Positions 51,364 through 59,899 of a stretch of DNA of 63,349 nucleotides are shown here, piece after piece. How positions within the stretch are numbered: the first letter of the stretch is position 1; each line of letters starts with the position of its first letter. Position numbers and translations under genes: made by a program. Origin of the DNA: an uncultured Verrucomicrobiota bacterium (lineage in GTDB: Bacteria; Verrucomicrobiota; Verrucomicrobiia; Limisphaerales; UBA9464); contig CAIRNV010000203.1 of NCBI GenBank assembly GCA_903880005.1, positions 1 to 63,349 of the forward strand, read 5' to 3'. The notes beneath the pieces were generated by a model. The model made no database searches, was not told where the DNA came from, and saw only the letters and a list, made by a program, of their open reading frames with translations.

Positions 51364-52121
51364 AGGCCTGGCGTCCATGTCTCGATGGCCTGCGTCCCCA
51401 TCCCCGCATCGGGGCGTTCACCCTCATCGAGCTCCTGCTCGCCATCACCCTCTCCGCCATCATCATCTCGGCGACCGTCGCGGTCCTGTTCGGCGCGTTG
51501 CGGCTCCGCAACGAGACCGAGCGACGCTCCGATGCCTCGACGGCGCTGCAGCAGGCCCTGTCCGTCCTTCGACGTGACCTCGCCAACATCGCGCTTCCCG
51601 CCTCCGACTCGACCAACGCGATGGCCGGGGCGCTGGTGTACGGGGGCATCACGGGCATCAATGACCCGGCCGGCACCGGCATGCAGTTGTTCACCACCAC
51701 GGGCCTGGTGACCGACATGGCTCGCTGGGGCGACTTGCAGAAGGTGGGCTACGTGCTGCGCCTTCCCACCAATGCCGCGGCCAACCTGGGTCGTGACCTC
51801 CATCGTGTGGTGACACGCAACCTCCTGCCCGTCCTCGCCGAGGCCTACGACGACCAGCTTCTCCTGCAAAACGTCGAGTCCTTCCAGTTGTCATTCTTCG
51901 ACGGCACCACATGGCGCATCGCCTGGGGCGGCACCAACGAGACCGTCTCGCTCCCACGCGCCATCCGCGTCGATCTGGTCCTCAATGACATCGATCCCGC
52001 GGACCTGGCGCGGGGCAACCTGGGCAACCGAACCCAGCTTCCCTTCCAGTTGGTCGTGCCCGTCGTCGTGACCCCGGCCACCAACTCGACCTTCATCTCG
52101 GGCGCCGGGGGTGCACCATGA
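51360..52121 (+). CDS. gspJ: Minor pseudopilin GspJ-like
   Basis: A|FTLIELL, LRRDL, FFDGTTW...LPRAIRV. Confidence 0.8.
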   Translation: MKAWRPCLDGLRPHPRIGAFTLIELLLAITLSAIIISATVAVLFGALRLRNETERRSDASTALQQALSVLRRDLANIALPASDSTNAMAGALVYGGITGINDPAGTGMQLFTTTGLVTDMARWGDLQKVGYVLRLPTNAAANLGRDLHRVVTRNLLPVLAEAYDDQLLLQNVESFQLSFFDGTTWRIAWGGTNETVSLPRAIRVDLVLNDIDPADLARGNLGNRTQLPFQLVVPVVVTPATNSTFISGAGGAP

Positions 52122-53515
52122 ACGCGCGGCGAAGGTTTCACCGTGGCGGGCCGCAGGCACCGTCGCGGGGCTCCACGCTCGTCATCGTGCTGTGGATTGC
52201 CCTGGGATTGGTTTCCCTCGGGCTCTACTTCGGCCAGTCGTCCGCGTTGGCATTGCGGGCCTCCGACCAGCGGGCGGCCTCCATCGAGGCCGAGCAGGCG
52301 ATCCAAGGGGCCACGCGTTACGCGGCCTACGTCCTCACCAACCTCGACATCCCGGGCGTCCTCCCGCAGTTCCAGATCGCCCCCACCTTCCGCCCGGTGA
52401 CCGAGAACGTCCGGGTCGGGGATTCGGCGTTCTGGTTCCTCGGTCGTGACCCGGACCTCCTCGCCTCCACGCCGGGGCGCAACGTCCAGCCGGTGTTTGG
52501 ACTCGTGGACGAGGCGTCGAAGCTGAACCTGAACACGGCCACGCTTGAGATGCTGGAGGCGCTGCCTCGCATGACCCCGCAGCTCGCCGCCGCCATCATG
52601 GACTGGCGCGACGAGGACGACGAGGTCTCGACGGACGGCGCGGAGGAGAGCACCTACCAAAGGCTCAACCCCGCCTACCGCTGCAAGAACGCCCCGTTTG
52701 AGTCCATCGAGGAGCTTCGGCTCGTCTATGGCATGACCCTGGACATCCTCGCCGGCGAGGATGCGAACCGGAATGGCATCCTCGATCCCAACGAGGACGA
52801 CTACGACTCCACGCCCCCGCTCGACAACCGCAACGGGCGGCTCGAGCCCGGCCTGTGGGAGTACGTCACCGTTCACTCGCAGGAATCCCTCACCACCACC
52901 AACGGCACCGCCAAGGTCTCCCTGGGTGCACAGGGACGACAACAGCTCGCGACCCTGCTGCAGGAGCGGCTCGGAAACCAACGTGCCAACGAGATCCTCC
53001 AGCGCGTGGGCAACCAAAACCCGGCCGGTCTCCTCAACTTCTTCGTCCAGTCGGGAATGTCCGTGGACGAGTTTGCCCAGGTGGAGGGAGACCTCACGGC
53101 GGGTGATGGCCAGACGCCCCGGCAAGGACTCATCAACGTCAATTCCGCACCGGAGGCCGTCCTCGCCTGCATTCCGGGCATCGGCATCGACATGGCCCCG
53201 CAGCTCGTCTCCTACCGGCAATCCAACCCCAGCCGGCGCAATACGGTGGCATGGGTCGCCGAGATCCTTGGGACCCAACGTTCGCTGCAAGCTGGCCGTT
53301 ACCTCACCGGGCGCTCGTCGGTCTATTCGGCAGACGTCTGCGCCGTGGGTCACCTTGGAAGGGGCTACCGACGGTGCCGGATCATCTTCGACGCCTCCGA
53401 GGGAGGCCTCCGGATCGTCCAGCGCGCCGATTGGTCCCACCTGGGGTGGGCCTTGGGGTCGCAGACATGGCAGCAGATGCAACAGCAACGGCAATTGACG
53501 CAGAACACGCGATGA
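52118..53515 (+). CDS. gspK: Minor pseudopilin GspK
   Basis: RG|STLVIVLW (no Glu5), DEASKLNLN, AIMDWRD, SIEELRLV, INVNSAPEAVL. Confidence 0.88.
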   Translation: MNARRRFHRGGPQAPSRGSTLVIVLWIALGLVSLGLYFGQSSALALRASDQRAASIEAEQAIQGATRYAAYVLTNLDIPGVLPQFQIAPTFRPVTENVRVGDSAFWFLGRDPDLLASTPGRNVQPVFGLVDEASKLNLNTATLEMLEALPRMTPQLAAAIMDWRDEDDEVSTDGAEESTYQRLNPAYRCKNAPFESIEELRLVYGMTLDILAGEDANRNGILDPNEDDYDSTPPLDNRNGRLEPGLWEYVTVHSQESLTTTNGTAKVSLGAQGRQQLATLLQERLGNQRANEILQRVGNQNPAGLLNFFVQSGMSVDEFAQVEGDLTAGDGQTPRQGLINVNSAPEAVLACIPGIGIDMAPQLVSYRQSNPSRRNTVAWVAEILGTQRSLQAGRYLTGRSSVYSADVCAVGHLGRGYRRCRIIFDASEGGLRIVQRADWSHLGWALGSQTWQQMQQQRQLTQNTR

Positions 53516-54954
53516 TCGAACGGCTCAAGCCCCGCGGCAGCTCACCGGTCCTCGGCCTCTCCTTTGACGGGGCCGCCGTCGAGGCCGTCCTCGTGCGCCC
53601 CGGCAACGGGCAAGCCGAGGCGTCGGCGCCCGTGACGTTCCAGCTTCCGGCCGAAATCCTTTCAAGCGACCCGGTCGCGGTGGGCCGCGCGCTGCGGGAG
53701 TCCCTCGACAAGGCCGGGCTGGGCACCCGGCGTTGTGCCGTGGCCCTGCCGGCGTCCTGGGTCTTCGCATCCAGCATCCCGCTGCCCGACCTCGCGCCGG
53801 AGGATGCCGAGGGATTCGTCGAGCTCGAGGTCGAGCGATCCTTCCCACAAGGGTCCGATCAACTGGCCATTGCCCGGCATGAATGGAAGGACGCATCGGG
53901 CCTGCCCCAGATCACGCTCGTTGCCGTCCCGGTGGAGCACCTCGAGCGGCTCGAGCAGGTCCTGCGCGCCGCCCGCATGCAACCAGTCTCGATCGCGCCA
54001 GCCCTCACCGAGATGCAGCACCTGGTCCCCTCCGAGTCGCCGGCGCGCATCGACTTCCTTGCCTCGCCCACGTCCGTGGCCTTGGCCATCGGGTGTGGCG
54101 AGGGCCTCGTCCTGCATCGTTGCCTCGACGATGTCGTCGCCGTCGCGGGCGGCCAGCCCTCCGTCGCCCCAGACCGACTCCAACGCGAGCTGCGCGTCAC
54201 GCTGGGTCAGCTTCCCGACGCCACCCGGCAATCCCTGGCGCGAGCCCGCATTTTTGGCGGCGGCCCCCTCGCCGACGCCCTCCAGCAGGTCCTGGCGGCC
54301 ATCGCGCCTCGCCTTGCCATGAGCGTCGTCCGGGCCGACCGCGTCCCGGGCAACCGAGACGCATCGTTGCGCATCACGCCGGGGATTCCCGCGACCGCCG
54401 CCTTGGCCATCGCCGCGCGCCACCTTGGAGGTGGGCCGGCCTCGTTCGAGTTCCTGGCGCCACGCGTCTCCCCGTGGCAGCAGCTTGCCACCCGTTTTTC
54501 GTCCGGGCGCGCGGCGCACTACGGGCTCGCCGCCGCCGCCGTCGTCGCGCTCACGGCCGGGGCCTTCCTCGTCCAGCAAGTGCGGCTGATGTCCCTCCGC
54601 TCCCAGTGGAATGCCATCGCCAAGACCGCCGCCCACGTCGAGGAACTGCAAGCCAACCTCAAGAAGTACCGGCCGTGGTTCGACGAGTCGGTCCCGTCCC
54701 TCCTGGTCCTTCGCACCCTGACCATGGCGTTCCCCGAGGATGGTGCGCTGACGGCGAAGACGGTGGAGCTCCGCGAGGGGGCCATCGTCGTCTGCTCCGG
54801 CACGGCCAAGGATTCCTTCACCCTCAACAGCACCCTCGAGAAGCTCCGCACCGCGCCCGAGGTGCGCGACGTCACCGTGGACCAGATGCGCGGCAAGTCC
54901 CCCGTGCAGTTCTCCTTCAACTTCAAGTGGGACTCCTCCGCACGCACGCCATGA
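53512..54954 (+). CDS. GspL-like (PilM/PilN-like) assembly platform protein
   Basis: Actin-like cytoplasmic N-terminal part, single TM, short coil and ferredoxin-like periplasmic domain; operon position. Confidence 0.7.
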   Translation: MIERLKPRGSSPVLGLSFDGAAVEAVLVRPGNGQAEASAPVTFQLPAEILSSDPVAVGRALRESLDKAGLGTRRCAVALPASWVFASSIPLPDLAPEDAEGFVELEVERSFPQGSDQLAIARHEWKDASGLPQITLVAVPVEHLERLEQVLRAARMQPVSIAPALTEMQHLVPSESPARIDFLASPTSVALAIGCGEGLVLHRCLDDVVAVAGGQPSVAPDRLQRELRVTLGQLPDATRQSLARARIFGGGPLADALQQVLAAIAPRLAMSVVRADRVPGNRDASLRITPGIPATAALAIAARHLGGGPASFEFLAPRVSPWQQLATRFSSGRAAHYGLAAAAVVALTAGAFLVQQVRLMSLRSQWNAIAKTAAHVEELQANLKKYRPWFDESVPSLLVLRTLTMAFPEDGALTAKTVELREGAIVVCSGTAKDSFTLNSTLEKLRTAPEVRDVTVDQMRGKSPVQFSFNFKWDSSARTP

Positions 54955-55493
54955 ACCTGGATCCCGAGCAACGCAAGAAGCTGCTCCTCGTCGTCGCCCT
55001 CGTCGGCGTCGGCCTTCTTCTGGGCGACCGCGTCGTCCTCGGCCCGCTCCTCAAGTCGTGGAACGCCCGACAGGCGGAGATCACCGAGCTCAAGAAGCGC
55101 ATCGCCAAGGGCGAGCAGCTCGTCGCCCGCCTCAAGCCCGTCGAGGCCCGGTGGTCCGATCTGGCCTCCAACGCGCTCCCCAAGCTCACGTCCGCCGCCG
55201 AGGGACGGGTCCTGGAGGCCCTCGACCGCTGGTCCAAGGCCGCCGCCGTCAACGTCACGTCCGTCAAGCCGCAGTGGAAGCAGCTCGACGACGAGTACTC
55301 CACCTTCGAGTGCCACGTGGATGCCACCGGCAACCTCGCCACCCTCACCCGATTCCTCTACGAGGTCGAACGCGACAAGCTGGCCGTCCGGGTGGAGGCC
55401 ATCGAGCTCGCCGCCCGCGACACCGACGCCGCCCAGCTCACCCTCGGCCTCCACGTGAGCGGCCTCGTCCTCAACCTTCCCGAACGCCGATGA
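54951..55493 (+). CDS. GspM/PilO-like protein
   Basis: N-terminal TM, coil, ATGNLATLTRFLYEVE ferredoxin-like motif. Confidence 0.75.
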   Translation: MNLDPEQRKKLLLVVALVGVGLLLGDRVVLGPLLKSWNARQAEITELKKRIAKGEQLVARLKPVEARWSDLASNALPKLTSAAEGRVLEALDRWSKAAAVNVTSVKPQWKQLDDEYSTFECHVDATGNLATLTRFLYEVERDKLAVRVEAIELAARDTDAAQLTLGLHVSGLVLNLPERR

Positions 55494-56506
55494 ACTCCTT
55501 CCTCGAACGAAGCCGTGACGATGCAGGTGGGACGGTCGTGCTGGCCGGATCCGCTGCCGCAATCACTTCCCTCCCGGCTGAATCCTTCCGGGCCAGGCTT
55601 CTCGCCATCCGGGCGGCCATCGGCTTGCTCGCCGGGGCGCTCGCGCTTCAAGGGTTCGCCCAAGACGTCGGGGCACAGGCTGCCGCCAACGAGTCGCCCC
55701 GGATCGCGGTTTCCGCTCAGCCCGAGCCGGACGACACGGACGAGCCCGAGTCCTCCGACGAGGACGACGGCGGATCCACCAACGGCGTTCCCGTCCTCAC
55801 CGTCCCGGGATCAACCAACGCGCCCGGGACCAACGCGCCCGGCACGAACGCCCCGGCGCGCAGGTCCTCCCGACGCTCCTCCCGTCGTTCCCCTGAACGC
55901 ACCGGCATCGCCGATTGGCGCCCTTCCAGCCGCTCGGGCGCCTCCTCCCCCAAGGCCGCCTCCACCAACGGCCCCGCCTCGTCCGACTACGCCTTCTTCC
56001 AGGTCGTCAACGACCGCAACATCTTCAATTCCTCCCGCGTCCCCAACCGTCCCGACCGCCCGCGATCCACCGAGGCCCGTCGCACCCCCAAGGTCGAGTC
56101 GGTCTCGCTCGTGGGAACCCTGCGCTACGAGAAGGGCGTCCTCGCCTTCTTCGACGGCACGAGCTCCGACTACAGAAAGGCCCTCAAGCCCGGCGACGCC
56201 GTGGCGGGCCATCGCATCGTCTCCGTGACGGATTCCACCGTCCGCCTTGTCGTCCGGGACGGCGCCGTGGACCTCAAGGTCGGCAACCAACTTCGTCGCG
56301 AGGACGAGGGTGATTGGAAGCTGGCCGACGGCGTCACGCTGGGCGCCTCGTCCTCGACGGGCGTTGCAACCCCTTCATCCTCTTCCGCCTCCACGAACGC
56401 ATCATCCACCACATCGTCGGCTGCCTCGTCCGGTTCCTCCGGCGGCGGCGCCGAGGAAATCCTCCGGCGCCTTCGGGAGCGCCGTGCCCAGGAGAACAAG
56501 CAATGA
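55490..56506 (+). CDS. GspC/PilP-like protein with long disordered linker
   Basis: Hydrophobic N-terminal segment, acidic and Ser-rich linker, HR-like SLVGTL...LKPGDAVAGHRIVSVTDSTV; directly before the secretin genes. Confidence 0.6.
   Translation: MNSFLERSRDDAGGTVVLAGSAAAITSLPAESFRARLLAIRAAIGLLAGALALQGFAQDVGAQAAANESPRIAVSAQPEPDDTDEPESSDEDDGGSTNGVPVLTVPGSTNAPGTNAPGTNAPARRSSRRSSRRSPERTGIADWRPSSRSGASSPKAASTNGPASSDYAFFQVVNDRNIFNSSRVPNRPDRPRSTEARRTPKVESVSLVGTLRYEKGVLAFFDGTSSDYRKALKPGDAVAGHRIVSVTDSTVRLVVRDGAVDLKVGNQLRREDEGDWKLADGVTLGASSSTGVATPSSSSASTNASSTTSSAASSGSSGGGAEEILRRLRERRAQENKQ
55814..55855 (+). repeat. 15-bp coding tandem repeat (TNAPG x3)
   Basis: ACCAACGCGCCCGGG ACCAACGCGCCCGGC ACGAACGCCCCG. 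Confidence 0.8.
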
Positions 56507-58215
56507 ACAACAACATCCCTCGCCTCCCCATCCTCGCCCTCGTCGTCATCGTCGCCTTGGGCGCCCGGCTCCACGGCCAGGAGGTCACGCCCCCACCTGC
56601 GACGGCTGCGCCCCAAGCCAGCCCGACGGACAAGTCCAAGGCCGATGCCGCGCCGGCCGCGGCGGTCGCCGCCCCTGGCACGAATGCGCCCGTAGCCGCC
56701 CCGAAGCCGCCGCCGGAGCCCTTGCCGGCACCGGAGCCATTGCCCACCGCGCCCGACGGGACCCCCATGCTTCGCCTGAACTTCCGCGGCGCGCCCCTTG
56801 AGACCGTCCTGAATTACCTCAGCGAGGCCGCCGGCTACATCATCGTCCTCGACACCGAGGTGAAGGGGCGCATCGACGCGTGGTCCGCGCAGCCCGTCAC
56901 CCGCGACGAGGCGTTCCAAATCCTCGAGACGGCGCTCGCCAAGAACGGCTACACGGCCCTTCGCTCCGGCCGCACCCTCACCATCGTCTCCAAGGACGCC
57001 GCCAAGAAGCGCGACATCCCCGTCAAGTCCGGGAACAACCCCGACTCGATCCCGAAGGACGAGCAGGTCGTCACCCAGATCATTCCCATCCGCTTCATCA
57101 GCGCCACCGCGCTGACCACCGACCTCGCGCCGCTTCTGCCCTCCGAGGCCACGATGACGGCCAACGAGGCCGGGAACGCCCTCGTCATCACCGACACCCA
57201 AGCCTCCATCAAGCGCATCGCGGAGATCATCCGCGCCCTCGACACGTCCCTCGCCAACTCGTCCTCCATCAAGGTCTTCCCCCTGCGCTTCGCGGACGCC
57301 AAGGAGACCGCAACCGTCATCAAGGACCTGTTCCCCTCCACCGACTCACGGGCCGGCGGCAACGCCGGGGGCAACAATGGCGGACGCGGCGGTTTCGGAG
57401 GGTTTCCGGGCGGGTTCGGGGGATTCCCGGGCGGGGGCATGGGCGGCGGGGGTGCCGGCGGCGGCGGCCGGGGCGGTGCCTCCAGCTCCGGGGCGGGTAA
57501 TCGCGCGGCCGCCTCCAAGGTCGTCGCCGTCGCCGACGAACACTCCAACTCCGTCATCGTGAATGCCCCCGAGGATGCCATGCCCTCGATCGAGGAGCTC
57601 ATCCGCTCCGTGGACACCGACGTCCAGGACATCACGGAGCTCCGCGTCTTCCGCCTCGAGTTCGCCGACCCGACCGAGATGGCCGACGTCCTCTCGGGGT
57701 TGTTTCCCGACGACACCAACAGCCGCAGCGGCAACAACGCCAACAACCGCGGGCAACGGTTTGGCGGCTTTGGCATGTTCGGCGGCATGAACCGCGGGGG
57801 AGGCACGGGCGGGGCCAGCGGCAACTCCAGCGACCGCACCCTCAAGAAGGGCAAGGTCACCGCGGTGCCGGATGCCCGCACCTCCTCGATCATCGTGTCG
57901 GCCGACCGCACCCTGATGCCCCAGATTGCCGAGATGGTGAAGCAGCTCGACGCCAACCCGGCGCGCAAGCAGCAGGTCTTCGTGTACAGCCTGGACAACG
58001 CGGATCCCCAGCAGGTCCAGACCGTGCTTCGCGGGCTCTTCGAGCGCGCGGGCAGCAACAACCGGTCCACCCAGGGGCAGCAACAGCAAAGCTCCTTCCT
58101 CACCACCCGCTCCACCCAGCAACAGCAACAGCAGAACAACGTCAATCGTTCGTCCGGCTTCGGCTCCGGTGCCGGCGGCGGCGGCGGCGGCTTTGGCGGC
58201 GGCCGCGGCAACTGA
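56503..58215 (+). CDS. Secretin N-terminal subunit (N0, three N domains and half of a fourth; no secretin barrel)
   Basis: Signal peptide; LNFRGAPLETVL (N0), repeated xFxLxFAD...DxxSNSxIV...IxxLD units; ends in a Q/G-rich tail. Confidence 0.88.
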   Translation: MNNNIPRLPILALVVIVALGARLHGQEVTPPPATAAPQASPTDKSKADAAPAAAVAAPGTNAPVAAPKPPPEPLPAPEPLPTAPDGTPMLRLNFRGAPLETVLNYLSEAAGYIIVLDTEVKGRIDAWSAQPVTRDEAFQILETALAKNGYTALRSGRTLTIVSKDAAKKRDIPVKSGNNPDSIPKDEQVVTQIIPIRFISATALTTDLAPLLPSEATMTANEAGNALVITDTQASIKRIAEIIRALDTSLANSSSIKVFPLRFADAKETATVIKDLFPSTDSRAGGNAGGNNGGRGGFGGFPGGFGGFPGGGMGGGGAGGGGRGGASSSGAGNRAAASKVVAVADEHSNSVIVNAPEDAMPSIEELIRSVDTDVQDITELRVFRLEFADPTEMADVLSGLFPDDTNSRSGNNANNRGQRFGGFGMFGGMNRGGGTGGASGNSSDRTLKKGKVTAVPDARTSSIIVSADRTLMPQIAEMVKQLDANPARKQQVFVYSLDNADPQQVQTVLRGLFERAGSNNRSTQGQQQQSSFLTTRSTQQQQQQNNVNRSSGFGSGAGGGGGGFGGGRGN

Positions 58216-58265
58216 TGCCGTCCTTCCCATCCCCGGGTCCCAACTCGCAACACGCTCCACTCCTC

Positions 58266-59549
58266 ATGAATCGCCTTGCACAACGCGCCTCAGCGATCCT
58301 CCTCGCCGCCGCCTTCACCGCGCCCGCCCTCGCCCAGTTCCAGGGATTCGGCGGCCAGGGCGGAGGCGCCCGACGCTCCGGCTCCGGCTCCGGCTCCAGC
58401 ACCGCCCGCGAGTACCCCAACAACACCGACGTCGGCGACGCCATGATCTCCTTCGATCCGGAGACCCGGAAGATCATCGTCATCACCGACGACAAGACCA
58501 ACCTGCAGATCAAGGACGTCATCACCAGCCTCGACAACCCGCGCCCCCAGGTGCTCATCAAGGTCGTCTTCCTCGAAGTCACCCACAACGACGCCTCCGA
58601 CATCGGCGTCGAGGGCGGCTACACGCGGCAGCTCGGCAACACCGGCACGGGCAGCTTCGCCAATGCGTTTGGCGCCTCAGGCCTTTCCTCCGCGGCCACG
58701 TCCGCGGTGCCCAACGCCCTCGGCCAAAACGTCCAGAGCATGCTCCCGACGCCTCCGGGCGCCGGCCTCTACCAGGTCCTGGGCACGGACTTCCAAGCCA
58801 CCCTCCGTGCCATCGCCCAGGCCGGCCGTGCCGAGATCCTCTCGCGTCCCTCCATCCTCGCCCGCAACAACCAGCCCGCCACCATCTCCCTCGGCCAGCA
58901 GGTTCCCCTCGTCTCCAATACCCAGTTCAGCGCCATCAACGGACAGGTCAACACCGTCTCCTACCAGAACGTCGGCATCATCCTTCGCGTCACCCCCTTC
59001 ATCACCCCGCAGGGGCTCGTCGAGATGATCGTCTCCCCCGAGATCTCCTCCCTGGCCGAGCGCTCCACCTGGGTCCCCATCTCGGCCGGCGCCCTCGCGC
59101 CTGTCGTGAACTCCCGCGTTGCCGACACCGTCGTCGTGGTTCCCGACAGCCAAACCGTGGTCATCGGCGGTCTCATGCAAAACCAGATCTCCGAGTCCGA
59201 AAGCAAGATCCCGTACCTCGGCGACATCCCCTGGCTCGGGAACGCCTTCAAGCGAAAGCAGAAGTCGAACGTCAAGACCGAGCTGATGATCTTCCTCACC
59301 CCCATCGTCATCCCGGCACCGTCCCAGCTCGCCGCCATGTCGGCGGAGGAACGCTCCAAGATGATGCTGCGCCCGAAGTCCCTTCCCCAGATCCAGCTCG
59401 AGAACCTCGTGGATCAATTACCCGACAAATCCTCGGGCACGAAGCCCAGCAAGAAGACGACCTCCGTCCAGGACGCACCCCAGGCGCCCAAGGCCCCAAC
59501 CGTGCCCGACGCCAAGTCCAAGGCCGTCCCCGCCCCGGCGCGTCGGTAG
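58266..59549 (+). CDS. gspD: Secretin C-terminal subunit (half N domain and secretin barrel)
   Basis: Own signal peptide (ALA|Q); PQVLIKVVFLEV, NNQPATI.LG.QVP, VGIILRVTP, VVIGGL, KIPYLGDIPWLG, KTELMIFLTP; alternative start at 58215. Confidence 0.9.
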   Translation: MNRLAQRASAILLAAAFTAPALAQFQGFGGQGGGARRSGSGSGSSTAREYPNNTDVGDAMISFDPETRKIIVITDDKTNLQIKDVITSLDNPRPQVLIKVVFLEVTHNDASDIGVEGGYTRQLGNTGTGSFANAFGASGLSSAATSAVPNALGQNVQSMLPTPPGAGLYQVLGTDFQATLRAIAQAGRAEILSRPSILARNNQPATISLGQQVPLVSNTQFSAINGQVNTVSYQNVGIILRVTPFITPQGLVEMIVSPEISSLAERSTWVPISAGALAPVVNSRVADTVVVVPDSQTVVIGGLMQNQISESESKIPYLGDIPWLGNAFKRKQKSNVKTELMIFLTPIVIPAPSQLAAMSAEERSKMMLRPKSLPQIQLENLVDQLPDKSSGTKPSKKTTSVQDAPQAPKAPTVPDAKSKAVPAPARR

Positions 59550-59738
59550 GCGCGTGTCCCATCCATTCCCACACGCGACGGCGGATGGGTGGGCCGGCTG
59601 CCTCCAACCCTCGGAAACGTGGCAGGGCCGTCTTGGCCCTGGCGGGATCACGTCCAGCGGCAGGATGCCGCTGCCACTCTGCCCCCCGGCACGCAGAGGT
59701 GCGGCATCCTTCCCGCCACGTGAGGACACGCAGCCTAC
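59546..59738. repeat. Nested REP-like palindromes between convergent genes
   Basis: Outer GTAGGCGCGTGTCC ... GGACACGCAGCCTAC; inner GTGGCAGGGCCGTCTTGGCCCTG (59619) and AGCGGCAGGATGCCGCTGCCAC (59656-59677). Confidence 0.65.
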
Positions 59739-59899
59739 ATGGGCCGAGCCTTCGGCTCCACCGGAGGGTTTGGCTGATCCCCAGCCGAACGAACGTTTTC
59801 AGGTGCACCCCATGAACCGGGCTCCTGGGGTTGCGAGAAACCGCCAGGCGGGGAGGTGGCGCCCGGGACGGGTGCGATCCCACGGGACATGGTTGTGTT

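Noticed and set aside
58150-58340. gspD as a frameshifted pseudogene
   Set aside because: The second ORF has its own well-formed signal peptide, the break lies in a disordered loop and the rest of the operon is intact; reads should still be checked
59760-59835. Hairpins as an intrinsic terminator of the T2SS operon
   Set aside because: Stems are present but there is no convincing adjacent U-tract
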